A stretch of DNA of 64,000 nucleotides, from IMG/VR virus record IMGVR_UViG_3300042197_002243; one strand, given 5' to 3'. Shown one piece after another: positions 29,501 through 36,766 of the stretch. The notes beneath the pieces are model-generated. The model was not told the DNA's origin. It ran no database searches and saw only the letters and a program-made list of their open reading frames with translations. Origin of the DNA: a virus. Position 1 is the first letter of the stretch. Each line of letters opens with the position of its first letter. The position numbers and the translations under genes are program-made.

Positions 29501-31611
29501 ATAAACATTCCCGTTGTTCCAACTGGAGTCTCATATAAAGACCCATTACTTTCGGGTGGAGCTATTTTGCGAATTAATTTTTGTGGTTCTACTTGCTTAG
29601 CATTTAAAATATCATCACTAAATTCATAAAGAAAGAAAGTATTATTGGATACCATTCCATTTACTGAAATATAATTTTCAGTAAAAATATTTTCTCTACT
29701 TCTAGCAACACTTATTGTTGTATTATTAACTCTTTTTACAAAATATATTCCCGGAAACAAATCAAGTTTGTTATTATCATCTGTTGGATTATAAACAATT
29801 GCATCGCCAGTTAAAAATCCATGAGTTCCAATTACAAGTTCAGATCCAGAGAAATTACCAGAGAAAGTAATGGATCTATCATTAATTGATAATGGACGAT
29901 TGTAATATGATGGAAGAGAATTTGCTGCAACATAAAGAGTATCTTCTAAATCAGTATATACATTTTGGATATTGGTCGTATATTTTGCCAGACTTGGATA
30001 GTTTGTGGTTGATACTTTAGAGATATTTTTTCTTACAGTATAAAAAACATTTGTATCCAACTGACCTTGGCCAGTTATATTAAATGATAACTTATTATCA
30101 AAACCAGAAATATTTGAAGTGTATGTTGAGTCTATATTTTCTGGTATAATTTCGCCATAAAATTCTCTATCATTTGATGAAATTAATGTGATTGAATCGC
30201 CAATTATAAAATCATGCTCATCAAATAAATTAACTCGATATGTATAAGTTGAAACATCTACAAGCTGCAATGACTTTACATCATATCTTACAGATACGTT
30301 AAAGAACCAATTGTTAGCCTTTGCAGAATTTAAGTTTGATCCGAGACTTTCAATTTCTATTCTTTCACCCTTTTCATAATAATAAGTTTTATCGAGAATT
30401 TTGAGATCTGATAATACTCCAGTTACTCTAACTTTTATTACAGTATTTGTAGAAATGCCAACATATCCATATGCATAAGAATCCAAAACAATCTCTTCTT
30501 GAGATGCGATTTCGGATGTTACATTAGAACATCCCAAAAATTGGTTTAATGTTTTTTCTTCATAATCTACAGAAAACTCAGTATCAGTTGATTGATTTAT
30601 AATTAATGTTCCTGATTGTGGAAATCCAACAGTAGAATCCACTTCAAGAGTAGTAACACCAATTCCTGCTGTCGTTACTACTCTTGTTTTTGGATGAATT
30701 GAAAATGTTCCAAATTCTTGGAAGTCTTTATCTTGATCTTGGTCAAGACTGATTATGAAATACTCTTTTTGCCCTCTAAGTATTCTTTCTACTTTTGAAA
30801 CAGTTCCTTTTGCGGGTTCAAAAAAACCATCATCTTGATATAACGTAGATCCAACGAGATCTGATGGATCTCCCTGTATTGCCTCAACAACTAAATCTTT
30901 GGTAATATAATATTGAGCATCAGATGGTTGAATTAAATAATCGCTAGGTTTAATAATAGAAGCTTCTATATCACCATATAATGCATAGAATAAAATCTTA
31001 AATGAATTGTCAGTTCCTTTAGATGAGTAAAAATCTTTTGCTTGCTTAACAAATAAAGACTCATTGATTTGAGAATATAATTCCCTAGAATCAAACCCAG
31101 GAGATACTTGCTTTTTAACTTTTAATAAAAATTCTTTAAGGAAAAGAACACTTAAATTGGTTACTGTCGCACCACTTGAATGTTCATCAACATCAGAATC
31201 TTTAAATACAAGTTCATCAATTCTAGAAGCTTCTTGGTATGATGTTGTCCCAACAAATCCTCTTTTACAATTTACAAATGAAGTTGAAGTTTTAGATTCG
31301 TATGTGATGATTTCATTATCAATTAAAATCAATCCATACGAATTGGGAAATCCACTTGTTGATACTACATTAATTGTGGTATCATAAAATTCCACAAAAG
31401 AAGACAGAGTTGTTGATTCGGTTAAATTTGTAAGATTATCAATCTTCACATATTGATCGATATTTTGTAAAATATCTGATGGACCACTTTGAAAATCTAA
31501 AGATTTATAATATTGAGATAAAAATTCGACAAGAAGAGGAAATTCTTCTCTAACATAAGATGGAACTTGGTTTTCAACAACTAAACTCGTCTTTACTCTG
31601 AATTCTGACAT
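20566..31611 (-). CDS. g7: Baseplate wedge initiator (gp7-like), 3681 aa, with YHYH-like domain
   Basis: Q.P.YVREEFP..V.FL.QYY, KDFYSSKGT..SFKILF, D.DYYQYFSY.VK...HPVGFK; internal HSPIIGWAYDGNPIYGPYG...DLD.CNG. Confidence 0.88.
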   Translation of the reverse strand: MSEFRVKTSLVVENQVPSYVREEFPLLVEFLSQYYKSLDFQSGPSDILQNIDQYVKIDNLTNLTESTTLSSFVEFYDTTINVVSTSGFPNSYGLILIDNEIITYESKTSTSFVNCKRGFVGTTSYQEASRIDELVFKDSDVDEHSSGATVTNLSVLFLKEFLLKVKKQVSPGFDSRELYSQINESLFVKQAKDFYSSKGTDNSFKILFYALYGDIEASIIKPSDYLIQPSDAQYYITKDLVVEAIQGDPSDLVGSTLYQDDGFFEPAKGTVSKVERILRGQKEYFIISLDQDQDKDFQEFGTFSIHPKTRVVTTAGIGVTTLEVDSTVGFPQSGTLIINQSTDTEFSVDYEEKTLNQFLGCSNVTSEIASQEEIVLDSYAYGYVGISTNTVIKVRVTGVLSDLKILDKTYYYEKGERIEIESLGSNLNSAKANNWFFNVSVRYDVKSLQLVDVSTYTYRVNLFDEHDFIIGDSITLISSNDREFYGEIIPENIDSTYTSNISGFDNKLSFNITGQGQLDTNVFYTVRKNISKVSTTNYPSLAKYTTNIQNVYTDLEDTLYVAANSLPSYYNRPLSINDRSITFSGNFSGSELVIGTHGFLTGDAIVYNPTDDNNKLDLFPGIYFVKRVNNTTISVARSRENIFTENYISVNGMVSNNTFFLYEFSDDILNAKQVEPQKLIRKIAPPESNGSLYETPVGTTGMFINGVELINYKTSDIIFYGPLQQVVPTAFGSDYDVINPPSLHISDAIGFGATGICTVTGSLVRVDIIDPGFDYLEDPIITITGGGGSGALVKPNLIEFDHSSPFNSSAGALQVNTTNNTIGFSSYHKFRDSEEVIYDTQGGTNVGGLTTGAKYYVSVQDGFTVKLHKTFTDSAVGINTVDLTSFGSGNHKLSSTAKKKKIGSISVIDGGSGYVSSASTIQLTIRSRIGISTLSGQSFDAILNPIFRGSITSVSLTSSGVQYGSEEIVNYSRQPIFSLNSGSGAEVIPVISGGKIKQVFVTKPGNDYNCPPNLVINTLTGSGAVLTPVVENGQLIDVKVIFEGSGYSEGTNIDVIAAGSGAQFEAQIKSWRINEVERLLYFNQINNDDGILLKSKNENYGLQYGHAYASRGLRSSTLAKELVDETPIYVPDLRTSGGSEIDSSSHSPIIGWAYDGNPIYGPYGFDSNGSTKRMVSGYTQVSSSVRPNILRYPLGFFVEDYEFTNTGDLDACNGKFGPTPEYPDGTYAYFCTINSVNDSTGIFRSFRRPVFPYVIGNTYKSNPIEFNYLASSNQDEIDINNTNWSRNTRPYHFTKSRSYYDYVLDSNKIKKQLSLIKGTTKAGIDSIGITTGGTNYQVGDKIIFDNETTGGFGISAKVSIVGGKQVTSVGIATSTLSNVQMIPIADAKNFIGYSPNPHNYLNRETISFIASGINTSGKITTIANELLVTTGIGSTGYTGLVTYFNVSGNLVTIKENDVYQVLDEQIKVLNVDTLSSRIRVRRSYNETQGITTISAGIAITEKPRKFILPFGISTSTYSLRLDKQIYFDPKESVGLGTTAGPGIGYTLSFTNPGAGLTQITIPTQSLWLPKHEIETGTQLVYNANGGNAISISTDGTNSWQLANDSILYAARLGDNLLGISTVKVGLGTTGSFVGIATTASLVYFTNIGLGNTHSLTTNYENTLDGTTTLNRVTVSTASTHNLQPGNYVNISVLSGVITSLYSGNYEVISAGGTQFTYSIVDYPENVLYTQNDGELNYNTDSTQVYGSIVGIDLISKGLSYRTLPKISYVSSGIGTGAILVSYGTSIGSINKVEIQDIGFDYPSDLSLRPTANLPQILQVKDLYSFKSIGIASVGRNYNVAPDLIVVDQLTGKVNSQANLKYNLNDKNVTILSNVYNLDRETSVIRPVNNTNGVGISTIRYIPASKDVVVTLGSSFSDPEAYPFAIGDRILIENISVGIGSTAKGYNSENYGYQFFTIVNLDPNIGGIGGTVSYNISELLDNGEIPGNYDPINSAGRIIPEKDLPIFTPEFKTNDFLEGEIINSQSSSGDVIRWNNKNSLLKVSSNIDFNSGEIVVGESSKTQAEIVRVLNFNSIYDVNSSSVVKKGWQKETGFLNNDLQKIHDNDYYQYFSYSVKTNIPLETWDSSVDELNHPVGFKKFADLQVKSLPDGVGIGSTLESESNVVVELDSSLNLHCKSDFDLARENNIVLGQNYASNQIVFDSTILQDYLESVGNRVLMIDDLSPEFNSNPRSTKYSNIDVFTLTNARYKKYVTFVNDLAYADQNQILLVSLLHDNNYGYLNQYGKIYNDNDLGAFDFSIFGSEGVLEFYPNYYEENNYNISFSDLAVSDLTTSVGEQSLGNIVSIASSTKTLITGTSTATTVVGIASTYRASKIYIVIGAEDGSYYEVDELSVVHNDIDVSYMDYGQMNNGSFSSFGTPGIGTFNAYLSGSQLNIDLIPYAGLSTNHFVNSVRVSIANSTAVGVGTSSMFDSFVGSGYTSIAASGSPTAVTVTKFPYDFDAAYYVAVVENLTDMQHQISELVVLKNQSNAYVSEFGYVHTDGSIGDFTVTKIGDDTALQFTPEPNITVQVRVFQQALTSTHSHNAPRQISLNNASVNSGHGSYEGTEISSKKNFGLTHNQRPIFERYFEGSSTDIVDLTNDRLQIPEHFFVTGEKIYYEYSGSDTSSFNAIGIATTTITGIGLTDKLPRTLYAYKTDNLYLKFAGSAADALSNPPKFLDITSVGIGTSHIVKGSNQNSRALITIDNVVQSPIVGTSVTTTVGTYVEAITNIVTLSGITSIFSGDLIKIDNEIMRLDTLGYGATNVAIVQRGWLGTGIATHQVGTLVTKLSGNYNIDANTIYFANSPWGQIPFTNPSTRPDEQDYVGLITGSTFNGRVFLKSGDVNSSTDAYFYNKIFDDISGSFTGVNTSFILKSGGSNITGISTSNAIILINQIFQQPSRNTLPINIPGNYSLSESSGITTISFVGNASQSYDINASGLPRKGILVSVGSTGGFGFQPLVSAGGTAVVSIAGTIQSISIGNSGSGYRSGLQTVRVGVGTSSTRTPNIEFIGTATVQNGNLVSVAITNPGTGYTSSNPPVVFFDSPLSYSNVPLIYSSSSISGIGSGAEIDIVVGQGSSVINFEIRNTGYGYGQGEILTVAIGGTVGIPTNTGLTYKEFQIGVDRTHTDSFAGWSLGDLQVLDSFDSLFDGERKTFPIKINDVLTSIRTKPGSNIDIQATLLVFINDILQVPGAGYIFRGGNLITFPEPPKSGDTSKILFYRGNGNVDVVLVDVLEPIEVGDNLQLIDDSIFLTQDERLVTDIPASDYVFTNTYFNPGLTFGETYTRPVTLCYQTEDRIIDGLEVGKTRVLYEPFVQPTTNIINSLGITSSVVFVESAKTFFDAQKENTIGNINYKKIIITSQDAVAGAAATAVVSSAGTITSFVISDGGYGYTSAPDVIVSNPVGLGSTYRASGSATITNGVVTSIGVSAIGYGYTSTNPPLVLIQSPKVTKEEMSNVTFEGDFGIITGIKTTSVSVATTGLVFDFFIPQNSYLRDLTINTVGIATTGISGIQTGYYFVVKNSNVGSGVTAKDENDDTVGIGTTCLDNIYKAVAVSIGQTAVPGIGLTYVAQVTVSLTSYNGLTGLGFSSFYGEYTWGRLSTLNRTSLKSFTNYKNGLAGVSSSPIVQRLLPLKYRDYTT

Positions 31612-31612
31612 A

Positions 31613-33526
31613 TTACAATCTGATTAAATTCCCGTTAGTGTAACTTGAGGTTACTGTGTACGTTGATCCAGAAATATTTGCTCCAGATGATATATCATCC
31701 GTTTGCATATTTAATACACTGTTATTAATATCTAGTTGCAAATAAAGATCCTCTTTTCCAATTACATCATTTGAATTTGGAGATGTAGAAATTTCAATGA
31801 TTCTAACGCCATCTTTTGTTTTTGCCGCATTCGTTATTTTGATTGGATACAATCTAACTTCACCTCGTTCATAATCAATGGTTCCAACATTGTTTCTAAC
31901 AACTACTGGTTCAGTTGGTGAATTTAATTTAAATAAGAACAGAGCTCCTGTTTTTTGATCTGCATTTGGCAAATCTGAAATATAAACGGTATCAACAATA
32001 CCATCAACATTAAATCCTGAAGTTTTAATATTATATCCACTCTTGGTATTCTTGAGATGGAATCCATTTCCAAAACAAAGTTCATAATCTGCGAGTATAT
32101 TTACTTTTGCCTGCAGATTGCGACGAATAATAATTTTTGTGATATTTGATGTGATTGCCACATGACTATCATCAATAATTTTTTGAAATTTGCTATATTT
32201 AAATCTAGCGCCATACTTATTCAGTTCAATTGAATCAGAATATGCAGATATATTTTTTTGAATAAGTGACTGTAATGATCCAGCACCAGGAGATAAGTTT
32301 GCATTATAGTATGCAACAGAATCATATTCAACATACAGATATTTGAGGTCAATAATTTCGGGAACAATTCCAGCTACGGTATATTTTCTCAATTCTGTTT
32401 TGATTGTATCTTTAACTATATCGGAAACAATATCTCCATTGTATGGTTTGATTGAAATGAAGACTTTTCCATATCTTGGTGGACTTAAAGTTTCTCCACC
32501 AAATACCGAGATTGATTCAGTTTCTGGAAAAATCTTTGGAACTATTGCTTCATAATCAGCAGCAGTTACTGCGCGGTTTTGGGATGCATAAATCCTTGGT
32601 GCATACTTTTTAATTGAATCTACAGACTCAATTTCTTGTCCATTGTTGGATGCAACATCAGTTGTAACCGCTGATATTGATTCAACAATAACGGTGCCGT
32701 TATTATCTAAAATTCTTCCAGAATATGTAAAGTCTGGTACTCCATTACCAAACTTTCCATTCGTGGTAATATACGAAACTTCAATATAGTTGAGATTGTC
32801 TAATTTAACACCAAATACACCATCTCCAAAAATCAATTCGTATCGTTGATCTTCAATTTCTTGAATAAAGAAGACCTTAGATTCTGGACCGATACCGATT
32901 AAATTGTCGGAGAGTGTAAACTTTCTTGTAACCGTGCTATTTTCGGTATTTCTAACCGTTACACGAATTGAAGTTGTGTCAATATTTGGATTTGTCAGAA
33001 TAAATTTCTGATTCGGATTATTTGCATCTACCGTAAACGTCTGAGTAAGATATGTTCCCTCATAGACCAAAATCGCATCAAATGTTGCAATATTGTTTAC
33101 GACTGGCTTTGTGATTGAGTCGAGAATACTGAATGTATAACTTGTTCCTTCATAAGAAGAAGAACTTGTACATACAAGACCACTCTGAAGCGTCAATGTG
33201 AGTGGTGGTATAGGTGCTGAGGTTGTGTCAACATAAAATGAAACTGTTGCAACAGCAGATCTTCTTGACTTTGGTACATATCCAATGGCTCTTGCGAGAG
33301 AAACGATATTTTCTCTTAAAGTTGCAGAATCAATAAAAACTTCGTTGCTAACCATGTTAGCATTGTACGAAGTAATGTAAGTATTATAAGCAAGTGTATC
33401 AATTATCGTCGATAAATTAGAACCTTCGAAATCATAGTCAGTAAAATTCGAGTTCGCTCTCAAATATTCCTTGAGGGAACTCTTAATTTGATCAAAATCG
33501 AGATTGCTAAAGTTTACTAGTGCCAT
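31613..33526 (-). CDS. g6: Baseplate wedge subunit (gp6-like)
   Basis: LDFDQIK.SLK.YL...FTDYDFEGSNLS...LAYNTY; ELIFGDG; QNRAVTA.DY. Confidence 0.95.
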   Translation of the reverse strand: MALVNFSNLDFDQIKSSLKEYLRANSNFTDYDFEGSNLSTIIDTLAYNTYITSYNANMVSNEVFIDSATLRENIVSLARAIGYVPKSRRSAVATVSFYVDTTSAPIPPLTLTLQSGLVCTSSSSYEGTSYTFSILDSITKPVVNNIATFDAILVYEGTYLTQTFTVDANNPNQKFILTNPNIDTTSIRVTVRNTENSTVTRKFTLSDNLIGIGPESKVFFIQEIEDQRYELIFGDGVFGVKLDNLNYIEVSYITTNGKFGNGVPDFTYSGRILDNNGTVIVESISAVTTDVASNNGQEIESVDSIKKYAPRIYASQNRAVTAADYEAIVPKIFPETESISVFGGETLSPPRYGKVFISIKPYNGDIVSDIVKDTIKTELRKYTVAGIVPEIIDLKYLYVEYDSVAYYNANLSPGAGSLQSLIQKNISAYSDSIELNKYGARFKYSKFQKIIDDSHVAITSNITKIIIRRNLQAKVNILADYELCFGNGFHLKNTKSGYNIKTSGFNVDGIVDTVYISDLPNADQKTGALFLFKLNSPTEPVVVRNNVGTIDYERGEVRLYPIKITNAAKTKDGVRIIEISTSPNSNDVIGKEDLYLQLDINNSVLNMQTDDISSGANISGSTYTVTSSYTNGNLIRL

Positions 33527-33928
33527 TTATCGTGTCTGTTGTAAGGCAAATGTCAGTTGTTGAGGTAAAACATCAATTCCAATGATTTCATATGTAATTG
33601 TAACGTCAAAACTGTTGTTATCGAAGTCTGGTCTCACCTTAACATCACGTAAATTCACTCTTGGTTCATAATTATTGATTGTATTTTCAATTTCACTCTG
33701 AATAATTGATGCAGAAACGTTATCAATGTTCTCAAAAACTGATTTTGAGACATTTGAACCCAAATTTTCGTTAAAAAAACGCTCTCCAGGCGAGGTAAGA
33801 ACTAAATTGCGAATTGAACGAGCAATTGCATTTTCATTTTTAAGCGAAATAAGGTCGTAATTAAGTGAGCTCACCAAAAATGAACCACTTACGTCCTTAA
33901 AACCCTTACTTACCCTTTCTAAAGGCAT
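33527..33928 (-). CDS. g25: Baseplate wedge subunit (gp25-like)
   Basis: AI.RSIRNLVLT.PGERFF...GS...I.NYEPRV. Confidence 0.93.
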   Translation of the reverse strand: MPLERVSKGFKDVSGSFLVSSLNYDLISLKNENAIARSIRNLVLTSPGERFFNENLGSNVSKSVFENIDNVSASIIQSEIENTINNYEPRVNLRDVKVRPDFDNNSFDVTITYEIIGIDVLPQQLTFALQQTR

Positions 33929-33949
33929 GAAAATAGAATAAATCTAACT

Positions 33950-33956
33950 TATTTAT
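33950..33956 (-). promoter_or_regulatory. Late promoter ATAAATA upstream of g25
   Basis: Plus-strand tatttat. Confidence 0.6.
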
Positions 33957-33971
33957 TCGCAATTTTGAAGG

Positions 33972-34166
33972 TTATTCGTGCCATCTTTCGACAAAATCGT
34001 CAAAACCACCAGCGCCGCCACATGGTCTTGAGTAACGATCACTTGGAACTTCGTATTTTTGAGTTTTTTTCTGTTTTTGAAGGTGTTTTTCGGAAGAAAT
34101 TTGAGTAATTAGCGTCATTCCTGACTCAATAAATTCACTTCCCTTGTCAGTTGGATGAATTGCCAT
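33972..34166 (-). CDS. Hypothetical protein
   Basis: ORF track; AGGAG SD upstream. Confidence 0.7.
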   Translation of the reverse strand: MAIHPTDKGSEFIESGMTLITQISSEKHLQKQKKTQKYEVPSDRYSRPCGGAGGFDDFVERWHE

Positions 34167-34845
34167 TGTTTTTAGCTCCTGATTTTGTTAAATCAGAACT
34201 TTTTACGGGGTTGCTATCCCGAATTTCTTTAATCTCGTACATGAAATCATCTGAGGTTTCAATTTTTCGACGATTTTCAACAGAATATTCGGTTAAATCA
34301 ATTTCGTAACCTGGATTTTTGGTGATTCTATTCTTTGTCCATGCATCATCATACCATAAAATCTTATTATTTGGATATGCATAAAAGTTTCCATTATCCA
34401 TCTTAAATACGTGAGCACACTTATGCTCTGGTGTCTCGCTGAAATTCGTATTTAATGTGGATTTTGACTCCCATGACCAATCAAGAGTAAACAAATAGGT
34501 TCCTTCATGTTTTTCTCCACGATAAGTGATCAATTGCGCTTTTAAGTTAGCCAATCGAGAACGAACCTGAACATCAATATAAGGGGAAAAACAATCCCAC
34601 CACATACACTCTTCTAACTCTGGAACTGGTGCATCTGGCTTCCAACAAAAGGCATGAATGGGTCTTCGTGTCCAATTGACTCCATTCTCTAAAAACGCTT
34701 CAAAGAGGGGTACGTGCTTCTCTAAGGACGCTACAGAGTGTACGTCGCATAATGTTACCTCACCATGCCCTTTCTTATGATTATATAAAAACTCGTTACG
34801 AATATAACAAGTAATCGTCGGTAAATTGTGATTGAGATATGCCAT
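34147..34845 (-). CDS. Conserved phage hypothetical protein
   Basis: YLN.N.P...Y.R.EFLY, WDCFS, EHKC.H....DNGNF.AYPNN pattern. Confidence 0.75.
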   Translation of the reverse strand: MAYLNHNLPTITCYIRNEFLYNHKKGHGEVTLCDVHSVASLEKHVPLFEAFLENGVNWTRRPIHAFCWKPDAPVPELEECMWWDCFSPYIDVQVRSRLANLKAQLITYRGEKHEGTYLFTLDWSWESKSTLNTNFSETPEHKCAHVFKMDNGNFYAYPNNKILWYDDAWTKNRITKNPGYEIDLTEYSVENRRKIETSDDFMYEIKEIRDSNPVKSSDLTKSGAKNNGNSSN

Positions 34846-34853
34846 AAAATATT

Positions 34854-34877
34854 AAAAAAGCAGGAATTTCTTCCTGC
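34854..34877 (-). terminator. Rho-independent terminator
   Basis: Minus strand GCAGGAA-GAAA-TTCCTGC followed by T6. Confidence 0.8.
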
Positions 34878-34889
34878 ACTATCTATACG

Positions 34890-35036
34890 TTATTTGCCTT
34901 GTCCTCTATATTTCTTCTGCTTACCATTGCGAGAAGTGGCAGAGGTCAGCGTCATCTTACTACGACCTTGCCGAGTTTTCTTCGGGGATCCAGGAACATG
35001 AAAGTTCTTGTTTATTGAAGATCCAACTTTAGCCAT
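34890..35036 (-). CDS. Small basic protein (48 aa, ends KKYRGQGK); below ORF-track cutoff
   Basis: MAKVGSSINKNFHVPGSPKKTRQGRSK...KKYRGQGK; GGAG SD upstream. Confidence 0.75.
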   Translation of the reverse strand: MAKVGSSINKNFHVPGSPKKTRQGRSKMTLTSATSRNGKQKKYRGQGK

Positions 35037-35181
35037 AAGTACTCTCCCTTAATTCTAATTCATTTACATCAAATTCTAAGTCTTCATAATACCTTTGAGA
35101 GAGGTCATCCAGAATCTCAGCACAGTCTTCATGTGTGAGATTGCGATATAAGACTCTCCCTCGGTATACGATATCAAACAT
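35029..35181 (-). CDS. Hypothetical protein (start revised to MFDIVY)
   Basis: ATG abuts the upstream stop. Confidence 0.6.
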   Translation of the reverse strand: MFDIVYRGRVLYRNLTHEDCAEILDDLSQRYYEDLEFDVNELELRESTYG

Positions 35182-35960
35182 CAGATTACACGAGTCTTTT
35201 CGTGACCAACACGGATCCGAGGATCGCACCAGATCTCAAAACCCTTTTCTTTTGCATCCAGACAGAAGGACACATCTTCTCCACACATATCCTGAACATT
35301 ACCAGATTCAAACACCTGCATCTTTGGAGCGAACCAGGGGTACTCAAGATTCTCGAAGACACCGTTCTTAATCATGACCCAACCGAAACCAGTGTAGTCT
35401 ACGGTGAAAGGCTTACGACGCTTTTCCATGGTGGTCAATGTCTCATGATTCATCACACCACCGTTCTTGCGGAAGTCATCTTCTTCCAACCAGTGAGCCA
35501 CTGAAGTCGTGTGACCATCTTCTGTGCAATACCAACCTGCGGTGATTTCTCTATTTACGAGATTGCCTTCGCTGTCTTCACTCAGAGCTAAATCACAGAG
35601 TTGCCAGAACTTTTCTGTATTAAACACAATATCATTATCAATCCACAGTTGATAATCATAATTCAGTTTACCATCCCAGGGAATCTGCTTTGGACCACGC
35701 AGTACATTTGCACCTAAGCACTTGCAACGTGCAAAGTTCACCATCGATGAGTAATCCTGAGAAATCTGAATACTCATTTGATTCTGTACCATATCAAAGC
35801 ACAGTTGTACAAATGACTTTAAAAACTGATATGAACAACCTCTTCCAGGAAGACAGAATACAATTGACTTCCCACGCATCCGTTCTTTAATTTTATCATA
35901 ATCCCACTCAGGTTCAGATACCTTTGGAGCAGGAGCTTTAACAGTAAATCCTTTTGCCAT
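35181..35960 (-). CDS. GT-A fold glycosyltransferase-like protein
   Basis: WIDNDIVF DxD motif; VDYTGFGWVMIK.GVFE; GEDVSFC...G..IW.D....GH. Confidence 0.75.
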   Translation of the reverse strand: MAKGFTVKAPAPKVSEPEWDYDKIKERMRGKSIVFCLPGRGCSYQFLKSFVQLCFDMVQNQMSIQISQDYSSMVNFARCKCLGANVLRGPKQIPWDGKLNYDYQLWIDNDIVFNTEKFWQLCDLALSEDSEGNLVNREITAGWYCTEDGHTTSVAHWLEEDDFRKNGGVMNHETLTTMEKRRKPFTVDYTGFGWVMIKNGVFENLEYPWFAPKMQVFESGNVQDMCGEDVSFCLDAKEKGFEIWCDPRIRVGHEKTRVI

Positions 35961-35983
35961 AAGAGAAAATAACTTTCAGTTCA

Positions 35984-36012
35984 ATTTTACCATGTATATA
36001 TGATACTGTCAA
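35984..36012 (-). promoter_or_regulatory. Sigma70-type promoter TTGACA-N17-TAAAAT (extended -10)
   Basis: Read directly upstream of the glycosyltransferase. Confidence 0.75.
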
Positions 36013-36545
36013 TGCATATTAAATGAAAGAATTAATCTTTCTTTTGATGAATTGTTGGGTACTGTATAATGTTTAATTATTGATGGAAAAAATATAATCG
36101 TTCCCTCAGAAGCATTAGGAGTAAATTTCAAATCTTCTGCAGTTATGAAATTATTAAATGGAGCAACAAATATTGTTTCCGTATGTACCGAAGAATCAAA
36201 TTCTATAAAACATACAGAACTATATCCTATTGTACCATGACTGTGTATGGCATGAAAATGATTGTTTAATGCTAATTCGAACCAAGAGCTTGTTACATTA
36301 TATGATTTTAACTCAGAATTGGTCTCATATTCAAATCGATCAATTTCATCTTTTAATATATTTTGTATTTGTGCGTTGTATTTAAATCCAGATTCGAATT
36401 GTTCATGATAATCTGTAAACACTCTACTGCGAATATTTTCTTTAATATTTGATTGATGATATACTTCTTTTAACTGATTTTTTTTAATTTGCCAATTTTC
36501 AATTTCATATTGAAAAAGAGGTATACTAAACATTATATGTTTCAT
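36009..36545 (-). CDS. 2OG-Fe(II) oxygenase-like protein (TIGR02466-like)
   Basis: MFSIP start; H..HSH, FFPS...H.T.PN...ERLILSFN. Confidence 0.8.
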   Translation of the reverse strand: MKHIMFSIPLFQYEIENWQIKKNQLKEVYHQSNIKENIRSRVFTDYHEQFESGFKYNAQIQNILKDEIDRFEYETNSELKSYNVTSSWFELALNNHFHAIHSHGTIGYSSVCFIEFDSSVHTETIFVAPFNNFITAEDLKFTPNASEGTIIFFPSIIKHYTVPNNSSKERLILSFNMH

Positions 36546-36548
36546 TGT

Positions 36549-36755
36549 TCAGTAAGAAACTTCAAGTTCTTTATTTACGGTCAATTCTTCGTAAGAAAGA
36601 TCTTTGATAGAATAATCGGTTTTCATGATGCCAACCATTCGATTCAAGGTATCCCATGTTACTTGGAAATCTTCTTCTTGAACGGAATGAAAGATGCACT
36701 TATCTTTTGCGTAAATGTGGTAAATCTTTTGCACTGTATCTTCTGTGCTCAACAT
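36549..36755 (-). CDS. Hypothetical protein
   Basis: ORF track; operon fit. Confidence 0.7.
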   Translation of the reverse strand: MLSTEDTVQKIYHIYAKDKCIFHSVQEEDFQVTWDTLNRMVGIMKTDYSIKDLSYEELTVNKELEVSY

Positions 36756-36766
36756 GATTATTTATT

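Noticed and set aside
34167-34200. SAM-II riboswitch (UGAUUUAAC...GCUAAAAA resemblance)
   Set aside because: The required P1 and P2 pairings are not evident; kept only as an unclassified switch candidate.
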